64,000 nt of DNA from Mytilus edulis (taxonomy: Eukaryota). Both the position numbers and the translations under genes were made by a program. Each line of letters begins with the position of its first letter. Position 1 is the first letter of the stretch. The notes below the pieces were generated by a model. That model did not search any database and had not been told where the DNA came from. It was given only the letters and a program-made list of their open reading frames with translations. This document shows positions 14,006 to 23,683 of this stretch, in pieces. The stretch covers positions 4,836,001 through 4,900,000 of the forward strand of contig NC_092345.1 of the NCBI RefSeq assembly GCF_963676685.1, written 5' to 3'.

Positions 14006-14424
14006 TCACACAGCCTGAATAAGAAATCCCGAGAACGTTGATAATGTAGATCCACCATTAATAATATTGGAACCCCAAATAGATTCCGTCTTGCACCACA
14101 CATCATCTCCTGTGTTCAGCTGTAGAACGACGGAAGCCGTTCCTCTGAGAAACAGGTTAGTATTTCCATCCATAAACGTAACGGCCACTGGTTCGTTATT
14201 TTTCATTATGCGAACATGAAGGACATGACCGGTGGACTGCGGAAGGGCTGTTATTTCTACTGCAAAATGATACAACCCTGGTATGGGTGCAACAGATACT
14301 CCATTTCGTGAATTATAATTGTTCCCAATGTTCAAAATCGAGTGATCAAAAACGATATGGACATTATTGGCTGGGTTAACAATATTATTTGATACTTCTG
14401 CCACAAAAGCTAATATCTTCTTTT
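14006..14424 (-). CDS. C1qDC gene copy C, exon 2 (globular C1q domain)
   Basis: Phase-1 acceptor ttcatttatctttcAG at 14425-14426. 419-bp exon (E)KKILAFVAEVSNN...STFSGFLIQAV*, the same length as exon 2 of the intact paralog. Functional status is doubtful (stop in exon 1; F>S change in the G-x-F-x-A-P motif). Confidence 0.8.
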
Positions 14425-15730
14425 CTGAAAGATAAATGAACCTTCATTATTCATGAGTTAAAGAATCTACAAGGTAGAAATAAGAAATCATTAATTAGAA
14501 TTATTGTAGAACAACAAACTACATCTACTTAGCGGCAGTTATTGCGACAGCTTAAAGCAAATGTCACTCTTTTGAAGGAACTATATGGGGTGTTATATAG
14601 GTATAGGAAGATGTGGTATGCATGTATAACAGACTTAAATTTGAATGTTAAATCTCAGACTAACAGGTCATATGAAACCAATGGTTTCTTTTTACGGATG
14701 TTCATCGTTTGAAAGTACCAATAGATGAATATGCGGCTGACCCGAAGAAAGATTGGTTGGACCGTAATTTTGAAAAACTCAAAACTTTTCAAATGATAAA
14801 ATAAAAAAGTATACCAAAAAAACATAGGAAGTCTTCTAGCGACTCGTACACTGACATCATTGAACACGTGTTGTTAATACATATGTAACGTCAAAATTGG
14901 CACATTTCTTGAATCATTATCCAGTTGACTGTTTCAGAATGTAATGCATTCTGGGTTATATTTGCACAGAAGTGTGCACCACAACGTTCGATCAGTTGAC
15001 ATCTTGTTTGACAATGGATGTTCAACCAATAAATTGAAGTTATTTTCAATTTGTGGACATGCAAAATGGAATTACTTTATATTTTAAGTTAATTAAAACT
15101 ATAATTAATGTGTTTCGTATCAACAACGTCTCCAGGTGTTTCAACATATTACGAATTTACTCATCAATCTCTGAGTTTTAAATCCAGGTTCTTCCTTTAA
15201 GATAATGGAGCTACATATCGATATGGCAAGGCATTTGGTATAGATTTTTGCTCTTTTTCTTAAAGTATTCGCTTGATATGGGCTTTCTGTTAATATTTAT
15301 AGCAAACAGCAGATTCTGGCATGTTGATGCGAAAAATGTCAAATGCTGCTTGAAGAAACCGAAAGGAACGCGGGAACTAAAATATGACATCTAGTTCTAA
15401 CCGGATAGGATGAAAGCACGACGACCAAAGGAAATTCAAATCTCTCTGAAAACGAGGGCTGGACTAGTGTAACCCAGAATACAATAGTAGATGTTGAGAT
15501 CTCTCTTTATAACAATTTGATATCACCAAATTCAAATCAATCGATAACTATGTAAATTCTCCAAATTTAAAATTTATTCCGTTTGAAAGACAAATATTTT
15601 AAATAAATATTTAAGTATTGTTTGCGCAAAGATCTCATTAGGATGACACTACTCTGTTGTACAAATTTATCCCGAAAACTTTCATTGAAATTCAATAAAT
15701 TAAATAAATCCGTATATATTCCTTATTCAT

Positions 15731-18351
15731 TATTATACATTATTATTATACAATATTTATATAGCGCATTATATAATTTGAAAAATTACCCTAAGCGCTT
15801 AACATGAATAAACAAAAAATAAGATACATAAGGTAAAAGTAAAATATACAATCACATAAATACAATTTCTGAGCAGTGGCGTGTAAAATGAAAACATTGA
15901 TTGTCGGTTTTAAAAATAGAATAATATAAAAGAATGTACAACTCACACAAAAAATATCAAAAATTTAAAATTAATCAAAATGAAAGAAAAGTAAAAAGTT
16001 TCAAAAAATAAAAATGAGTTAAGAAAAATTTAAAATTTCCTCTGTATAAATTTAAAATAATGATTATCATTAAACCACAGTGACTCAAGTATTAAAAAAT
16101 ATTAAGTAAAAGTTCACAATACAATCAACTGGTAAAACAAATTGTTCATAAATTTAAAAATTTACAAAAAATCAATGAAAGCACTTCGGAAAAAATATGT
16201 CTTAAGATCCTTTTTAAAAACGTCAAGAGATTGTTCATTTCGTAAGGATGAAGGTAAGCTGTTCCAAAGAGTTGGTGCGGCAATATCGAACCGTCGTTCA
16301 CCATAGCGTTTTGTCCTAACATCGTTTGGTAGTCGTAACAGCATGCTTTTCTCCGATCGCAAGGCTCTACCAGGTTTGTAATGTTCAACTAATTCCTGTA
16401 GGTATGATGGTGCCCTGCCATGAATTGCTTTAAAAATGTACAGCAGGAGTTTGTACTGACAACGAAAATGAACCGGTAACCAGTGCAATGAAATGAGAAC
16501 AGGTGTTATTGAATCGTATTTTCTCTTGCGCGTTATTAGCCGTGCTGCTGTATTTTGCACACGCTGTAGTTTTGTTATTACACAGCTATTTGTTCCGTAT
16601 AACAGCGCATTACCATAATCTAGTCGTGATGTAACGAGTGAGCACACGAGAGTCTTACATGCCTCATCTGTAATCAGGGATCTAATGCGACCAATATTTC
16701 GTATCTGATGAAAACATGCTTTTGTCGTTGCACTAGCTTGTTGTTCCATGCTGAGTGTTTTGTCAAAATAAAATCCAAGATTTTTCACACAAGAAGCATC
16801 AGTCAATATAGTTCCATCGAATGTTAGTTGGAAACTGGATAGTTGCTTTAGTTGTTGTTTTGGTGCAAACACAATTAATTCGGTTTTGTCTTGGTTTAAT
16901 TTAAGCATGTTGATACTCATCCATGCACTGATATCCGACAAACAGTTCTCAAGACGATTAGAGAGGTCCGACCAGTCTCCAAGAGGTTTAATGACTTGAT
17001 ACACTTGCGTGTCGTCAGCGTATGAATGGTAAGACATCCCATGTCGCCTGCAAATTTCTCCGACTGGTTTGGCAAACATACAGAAAAGTTTTGGTCCCAA
17101 CACAGAGCCTTGTGGTACACCAAAGCCGAGTCTGATATCATCCGATTGTACCGATCCGATAGAAACACGCTGAGTTCTATCTGTCAAATATGATTTCAAC
17201 CACAACAGTGCCTCATCAGTTATCCCAAATGAAAACTCTAAACGATTGAGAAGTATTGTATGGTCGATAGTGTCAAATGCAGCAGATAAGTCAAGCATAA
17301 GCAAGACGACACAACAGTTATTATCAAGTGCGCACACAATATCATTATGGACGCGCAAGAGAGCGGTTTCCGTAGAATGGTAGGCACGATACGCTGACTG
17401 AACATGATCATAGAGAGAATAAGACGTGATGTGATTCTCAAAACGAGTGGCAACGACTTTCTCATTTATCTTAGATATGAATGGTAAATTTGAGACCGGC
17501 CGATAGTTTTTTAACACTTCTTTGTCTAAACTCGGTTTTTTCAATAGTGGTCTCACTACCGCTTGTTTAAAAGGCGTTGGAACACACATTTCCGATATCG
17601 ATCTGTTGACTATATTTGTAATAGCTGGTAACAAGTAGTCCAAGCATTGTTTTAGAAGTTGGGTTGGTAATGGATCGAGTTCACATGACTTTGTTGGAGA
17701 CGCTAGGATTATTTTCCGTATTTCTTCATTGGATGCTGATGACAGTGATGTTAGTTGATTACCTTCAAATTTAATGTCAGCTCTCATAGGATTACTGTCA
17801 CTTGAGGAGGTGTTTGTTGTTGACAGGCTGTCACGAATTATACTTATCTTCCCAACAAAGAATTCACAAAACTTGTCGGCAAGTAACTTGTCATCCTCAT
17901 GCTCGGGTAGAAATATTTCTCTTTTATTTCCCATCAAATCATTAGTCAAGCGATGCAGTTGTTTTTGATCGTGTCCAATTTCGGAAACTTTACTGGAGAA
18001 ATAGTCTTTCTTGCATTTTATAAGAAGTTGGTTTGTTGTAATGCAAGACTCTCGGAACATTTGACGATGAATAGTCAGTTTCGTTTTCCGCATACGTCGT
18101 TCTGCTTTGCGGCGGTTTCTTTTAGCGACACGGAGGTCGTCTGTATACCACTCGGTATTAGGTCGTAGTATTAAGTTTTTAGATATTAATGGTGCATGTT
18201 TATCAAGTATGGAACTAAGCTCAGTAGAATATAAGTTCACCAAGTCTTCAAGAGGTCTTTCTTGATTCTGAAAAATTTCCGAATTGACCAAATCGTGAAT
18301 TATATCATCTGTACTGATATTACGCAGTTTTCGATAAGTCACTTCTTTGCG
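15731..18351 (-). mobile_element. 5'-truncated LINE (L2/CR1 group) with an open reverse transcriptase ORF
   Basis: RT motifs [49 protein letters not shown]; no endonuclease domain. The 3' end AAGCGCTTAG...GCGCTATATAAAT plus a (TAA)n-like tail is typical of L2. ATGAA lies on both flanks (15726-15730, 18352-18356). Confidence 0.95.
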
Positions 18352-18450
18352 TTCATCTTTACTAGTCTTACCTTTAGTCATGTCTGCCTCTAATGCACTA
18401 ACTTTAGATTGACGTGCATTGAACTCCGTCTTGTCTGCCTCTAATGCCAT
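16162..18450 (-). CDS. Chimeric ORF: C1qDC coiled-coil tail + unspliced donor + LINE reverse transcriptase (762 aa)
   Basis: Uninterrupted ORF. The first 26 aa are C1qDC exon-1 repeat sequence; GKTSKD comes from the splice junction and intron; the remainder is LINE ORF2. Confidence 0.75.
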   Translation of the reverse strand: MALEADKTEFNARQSKVSALEADMTKGKTSKDERKEVTYRKLRNISTDDIIHDLVNSEIFQNQERPLEDLVNLYSTELSSILDKHAPLISKNLILRPNTEWYTDDLRVAKRNRRKAERRMRKTKLTIHRQMFRESCITTNQLLIKCKKDYFSSKVSEIGHDQKQLHRLTNDLMGNKREIFLPEHEDDKLLADKFCEFFVGKISIIRDSLSTTNTSSSDSNPMRADIKFEGNQLTSLSSASNEEIRKIILASPTKSCELDPLPTQLLKQCLDYLLPAITNIVNRSISEMCVPTPFKQAVVRPLLKKPSLDKEVLKNYRPVSNLPFISKINEKVVATRFENHITSYSLYDHVQSAYRAYHSTETALLRVHNDIVCALDNNCCVVLLMLDLSAAFDTIDHTILLNRLEFSFGITDEALLWLKSYLTDRTQRVSIGSVQSDDIRLGFGVPQGSVLGPKLFCMFAKPVGEICRRHGMSYHSYADDTQVYQVIKPLGDWSDLSNRLENCLSDISAWMSINMLKLNQDKTELIVFAPKQQLKQLSSFQLTFDGTILTDASCVKNLGFYFDKTLSMEQQASATTKACFHQIRNIGRIRSLITDEACKTLVCSLVTSRLDYGNALLYGTNSCVITKLQRVQNTAARLITRKRKYDSITPVLISLHWLPVHFRCQYKLLLYIFKAIHGRAPSYLQELVEHYKPGRALRSEKSMLLRLPNDVRTKRYGERRFDIAAPTLWNSLPSSLRNEQSLDVFKKDLKTYFFRSAFIDFL

Positions 18451-18879
18451 AACTTAAGATTGAAGTGCATTGAACTCCGTCTTGTCTGCCTCTAATGCAC
18501 CAACTTTAGATTGAAGTGCATTGAACTCCATCTTGTCTGCCTCTAATGCACTAACTTTAGATTGAAGAACATTGAATTCAGTTTTGTCTGCCTCTAATGC
18601 ACTAACTTTAGATTGAAGTGCATTGAAATCAGTCTTGTCTGCCTCTAATGCACTAACTTTAGATTGAAGAGCATTGAATTCAGTCTTGTCTGCCTCTAAT
18701 GCACTAACTTTAGATTGAAGAGCATTGAATTCAGATTTAAGTACATTGAACGCAGATTTAATTGCATTGAATTCACTCTTAGAAACATGTGATCCATTTA
18801 TATTTTCCAGTAGAAATAAATGTGCCTGTTTGAAGATGAATCCTGGAATTATTAGCAAAAGTAGATTTATGCTGCACAT
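18372..18879 (-). CDS. C1qDC gene copy C, exon 1 (signal peptide-like N-terminus + expanded coiled coil; internal TAA at 18454-18456)
   Basis: Hydrophobic N-terminus [16 protein letters not shown]. Homologous to 41913-42072 ([17 protein letters not shown]). Phase-1 donor G|GTAAG at 18372/18371. Confidence 0.85.
18376..18732 (-). repeat. Coding minisatellite, 7 x 51 bp ([17 protein letters not shown])
   Basis: Seven in-frame units counted directly. The paralog has one unit. Confidence 0.95.
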
Positions 18880-18966
18880 TTCGGGCTCTGTTTTATCTTA
18901 CTCTCTCAGGTTGTTTTATCAATAAAAGACTCGTATCTGATAAATTGAGATGTCAAAGTAATTTAG

Positions 18967-18989
18967 AATGCATCAACACAGGAATTACT
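18967..18989. promoter_or_regulatory. Conserved upstream block shared by both C1qDC promoters
   Basis: AATGCATCAACACAGGAATTACT is identical at 18967-18989 and 42175-42197, about 90-125 bp upstream of each ATG, with TGATAA nearby in both. Confidence 0.55.
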
Positions 18990-19156
18990 ATAAATTAAAA
19001 AGTGGGTTAAAGATAAAACGTTTCTGTCGATTTTTTAGTTATACAAAAAGGCATAAATACTGTGCATATGACATATAAAAATTAAATGACAATAACCACT
19101 CGTATATGAGAAGAAATTGATTTTCAAATACGGCGTCTTGTGATAAAGGTAGTATA

Positions 19157-20640
19157 CTATGGCAAGCCGTTCTCGTCAAAACTATGTTTAAACCCTTTTT
19201 TCGAAAAAATTACACAATGAGATTAAAAAACCTAAAATAACACATTGAGAAATCGAAATTACACACTGAGATTTTAAAATTACACACTGAGATTAAAAAA
19301 AATGAAAAACACACACTAAGAAATTAAAATTACACACTGAGATTTTAAAAAGACACACTGAGATTAAACAAATTGAAAAACACACACTGAGAATTGTTAA
19401 TTACACACTGAGATTTCAAAAATACAAGTTGTTAGTCTTGTATTATTTTAATTTTAGTTTCTTGTGTACAATTTGGAAATTAGTATAGCGTTCATTATCA
19501 CTGAACTAGTATATATTTGTTTAGGGGCCAGATGAAGGACGCCTCCGGGTGCGGGAATGTTTCGCTACATTGAAGACCTGTTGGTGACCTTCTGCTGTTG
19601 TTTTTTTCTATGGTCGGGTTGTTGTCTCTTTGGCACATTCCCCATTTCCATTCTCAATTTTACATTGAGATTAATATGCAAATTACTAATGAATATTCAT
19701 GAGATGATTAATTCAACAGATTAATATCATGGTCTCTAGAACTCTTGTCATTATAATGAAATGCGGTTCCTTCAACCAACGTTCATAATAAATTTCAAGA
19801 CTTAAGATCGTTTTTTGCTAACTCATATTCATAAGTTATTTGTCAATATAATTCAGATTAATATTATTGCTAACGGTGTATCGGGATTGTTTGCTTAAAA
19901 CTGTTTAAGCATAAGTCTTTTTCAAAAGTCTTTCAACTGTTACACTGATTTCGCAAGGTAATCTTTTATATTTTTGTTGTTACGTTTATATGTTATAATA
20001 GACACTTGGGTAAACATGTCATTGCATTGTTTGTCTTTTTGTAGATTGTTCCGATGATTTCTTATAATTGTAATAAAGTTTTCAACATTTTGTTATATCA
20101 GAGACATATAATACATGTCTCTGGTTATATTTTGTAATGAGAGTAAGTGGGTATTTTTCTTGTTCTATCGTTCTTTAACGTTGTATTGCTAATGTATTTT
20201 ATAAAACATTTGGCACCAGATTGAAGGACTAACGAGTTATGTCCCCTAGTTGTTTTAAGCTTGTAATATATTAAGATTACGTATGCTAATTAGATATGTG
20301 CACATAAAAAGTGCGCACAAATCTCAGTGTGTAGTTTCAAATTCTCAGTGTGTAATTTAAAATTCTCAGTGTGTGTTTTTCAGTTTATTTCATCTCAGTG
20401 TGTCTTTTTGAAATCTCAGTGTGTAATTTTCAATTCCCAGTATGTAATTTTCAATTCTCAGTGTGTGTTTTTCATTTTTCGTAATCTCAGTGCGTTTCTA
20501 TGAAATATCAGTGTGTAATTTCTTATTCTCAGTGTGTGTTTTTAGGTTTTTAAATCTCAGTATGTTTTTTTAAAATTCTCAGTGTGTAAAATTTTCGAAA
20601 AATGTTTAAACATAGTTTTGACGAGAACGGCTTGCCATAG
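19157..20640. mobile_element. Non-autonomous TIR transposon with subterminal ~20-bp repeat arrays
   Basis: Perfect 37-bp TIR CTATGGCAAGCCGTTCTCGTCAAAACTATGTTTAAAC, TA(TA) flanks, TACACACTGAGA arrays at 19210-19420 mirrored at 20320-20590. A dispersed repeat (~19430-19660, related copy ~37540-37780) is nested inside. Confidence 0.92.
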
Positions 20641-21488
20641 TATACCAACTATAATTAATCTCAAGTATAAAACTGACAAACATTGAAACGTATATAAATG
20701 ATTCGTATATATTTAAAATAAAGGTATTCACCATTGTATAATTCGTCACACCATTCATCCATCCGTTACACCAATTTTAATTCGTCACACCAATTGTTAT
20801 TTACCATTGTATCATATGTCACACCACTTAATCAACCGTCACACCATTTTTAAACCGTCATACCATTATGATGTTATTTTCAGTGGTAAATGTGAGGCAT
20901 ATGATAGAATTTAAAAAAAAAGTGTCTGACAAAAGTAGTGACAGTGACACAGTCGAGAATTTTGACATTACCGACTGTGATTTATCATTGTGGTTTTAAT
21001 TGCATCGAGTACGACAACGGGTGCCACTGGCGGAGCAAGAACTGCTATCTCGTCGGAGCACCCAAAGTGTATTGTGAATGTTTCTTTTCATCATTTGTTT
21101 TTGCCATTTCTCATGTTACTAAGTTTGGATAGTTTACTTCTCTGTAGAGAGTTAAATCAGGGAAGTGAAACCCCTGATTTGCGACTATTGGTGGAAATTA
21201 TTTACAAAATGGGAATATAGGGAAAGTTATATGGCATTGCCTCAAACTGGCTATAACTTAATGCGTGCAACTGCATAAAGTATGATGCACAAATTGTTAC
21301 TGTGATGAGAGATTAGCCAGGGTTACTCTTCACAATTTTTATTTGTACTTTAAGCATGATATCACGAAGCGTCATAACCCCTGTAAATTGAGGCAAGTGT
21401 TTAATGCAGTGTCAGCATGTAATGCATTCTGGGTAATATTTTCAAAAGCATGCACCACAACATCGATGAGTTGAAAACGTTCAACCAA

Positions 21489-22346
21489 TGTAACGTGTTT
21501 GGCTTATAAACTATATGTTCGTATCCGTTTTCACAGAATCTGAGATACTCCAATATCAATCTTTTAATTAACTCGAAAACCTAACTACAACTTGGAGGCT
21601 TTCCTTAAAAACTACAAGACCAGTATTTAAACTTTGAAACTTAATAAAGAAATAATAATATTCACACAAATAACTGTATATCAAAAAGTAGCCTGAAAAC
21701 TATAACCTCAATTTATCCTTGATCCTTTCACTGACTCCGAGGTCCCAACTGATTTGACAAACAATTATATTAAACTTAATTAAGAACAATCTTCAAAAAA
21801 ATCATAGGTTTCCGAAACACCTAGTTCTGAGACACCCAGTCTCTAAAACACCTAGTCCTGAAATGACTAGTCTCTGAAGCACCTAAGTTACCAGATTATT
21901 ACAAGCTATCTGTTCGAGGGACTGCGACCATTCCCAAGGGAAATTACAGTTTCGGAACAACGCGGTAGCTTGCAATAATTGTAATACCTTTAAAAACCGC
22001 TTGCTTCAAAACTACAACGCTTTCAACTCAACTAGGTTTATAAACTTACTTTCCAGCTTCAAATTTCAATTCTTCAATTCCTTCAGAAGCGATTATTATC
22101 CGTCGACAGCCAGATTACAAATGACAAAAAAAACACAATGAATCGGTGTCTTTATATACCAAGAGCGCGGACCTCGAAGAGAGCACCCTAGTAACAATTA
22201 ACGCGTCTCATAACAACCAAGGATAAAAGAATGATTTCATATGCATTTATCGTTAACGCATTGTCCAAACGGGTAATTTATTATAGATAACAATTAAACG
22301 ATAAACTATAGATATTGTCTTATGCCTAAACTGCATTTTTGTCACA
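21489..22346 (-). repeat. 3' LTR (858 bp)
   Basis: Matches 28749-29606 with two substitutions seen. Preceded on the minus strand by the purine-rich GGAGGCGTGGGTAA (22347-22360). Confidence 0.97.
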
Positions 22347-22673
22347 TTACCCACGCCTCCGATTTCATGCGTCCTCGCATGACTAACATACTTTTATTTC
22401 CTATTTGTATATACACAAAGCAACTGCAAAAGAATAAGTTTTAAATGTCCCTAACAAATTTTGCCTCTGCAGCGGCCCCAAGGAGCCTACTCTTAACGAA
22501 ATCTGCAGGAGGGGTCTTTTACATGCACAGGGCGAGACATGTTCCTGTACATGGGGCCTCGGATTTAACGTCCCCATCCGACGGACTCGCATATTGTATA
22601 TAAAACTCTGCATGAAATAATATATATTTTTTTTTTATTACTGTTTTTGCTGCCTGCAATAACAGATCAAAGT

Positions 22674-23555
22674 TTAATCATAAGAAAGAAATTCTTCAAA
22701 CACTGTCTCTTTAATCTCTCTGTTGTTCTCAACATATCTGGTAACGGTCTTGATATATTTTCTGTGTTTTAATCCTTCGACCTGTACAGCCTTATCTTGA
22801 AAAGTACTGTCAATTTCTCTCTTGTTCTTTCCATTTTCACTAGTCACCTGCGACTCAGACTTTGTCTCCTCTGAATGTTCTTCTGGTTCTGGTTCAGTTT
22901 CACTTTTACTGTTTAAATCTGGACTGTGAACTTTTCCATCTATTTCTTGCTTGTTCGATGACTCTTTCAATAGTGCAAGTAACTTCTCTTTTTTTGGAGC
23001 CAACACTTTATCTGGTCTGGTTGGCTTTCTTGTGATTCTCCCCTCCAGACAAACTTTATCACAAATCTTAGCTGTTTCAGGCGGATTTTTATCCTTTTCT
23101 GGTCCCGGACTGACATTTTCATCATCGATGCTTTCTCCACCTGAGATGTCTCCTATCAGGTTTTTTAACTCTCCGGGATCGGAAAACTCTTTTCCACTTC
23201 CTGAGGAGGATTCACTGTCATCAGAAAATGAATCTGACTCATCTGAACTGTTATCTTTTTCCTTGGATTGAACATTCTGTTCTTTCTTTTCTTCCTGTTT
23301 ATCAAGAGGTACCTCAACTACTTTAACATCTTCATGTTGATGATACTTTTTCATATGACGTGCATAATATACCTTCTTCTTGAACATTTGGTTGCACTGG
23401 TAGCAGGTCAATCTACTCTTGTCTTGTGCACATGTTAAAACATGATTTTTCAGCTTATCAGTGTCGCTGTATTCCTCCTTGCATAATGGACAAGTTTCTT
23501 TCATAACTAGCATCACTTGCTTTGTCAGTCTTGGTGTTGTCTTTGTTTTAACCAT
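22674..23555 (-). CDS. Retrotransposon ORF3 (env position): C2HC + C2H2 zinc fingers and an acidic/Ser-rich disordered region, 293 aa
   Basis: C-x2-C-x12-H-x3-C and C-x2-C-x12-H-x4-H motifs. No signal peptide or transmembrane segment. Acceptor ttttaatgttttgtAG lies 3 nt before the ATG. Confidence 0.85.
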   Translation of the reverse strand: MVKTKTTPRLTKQVMLVMKETCPLCKEEYSDTDKLKNHVLTCAQDKSRLTCYQCNQMFKKKVYYARHMKKYHQHEDVKVVEVPLDKQEEKKEQNVQSKEKDNSSDESDSFSDDSESSSGSGKEFSDPGELKNLIGDISGGESIDDENVSPGPEKDKNPPETAKICDKVCLEGRITRKPTRPDKVLAPKKEKLLALLKESSNKQEIDGKVHSPDLNSKSETEPEPEEHSEETKSESQVTSENGKNKREIDSTFQDKAVQVEGLKHRKYIKTVTRYVENNREIKETVFEEFLSYD

Positions 23556-23683
23556 TACCTACAAAACATTAAAATATACATTATAATTTTCGATCCTCTT
23601 CGAAACACATTTTTTTTTAAATTTATTTACATATATATATATATATCAAATATATACAACATTCTGTAGAATACAACTTAATT

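Noticed and set aside
19210-20590. CRISPR-like array (TACACACTGAGA repeats)
   Set aside because: Eukaryotic context, spacers are short and similar, and the arrays are mirrored inside TIRs; these are transposon subterminal repeats.
22401-22613. 70-aa ORF before the 3' LTR
   Set aside because: Short, with no recognisable motif; probably non-coding 3' region.
22674-23555. ORF3 as a retroviral envelope
   Set aside because: No signal peptide, fusion peptide or transmembrane segment; it is hydrophilic with zinc fingers.
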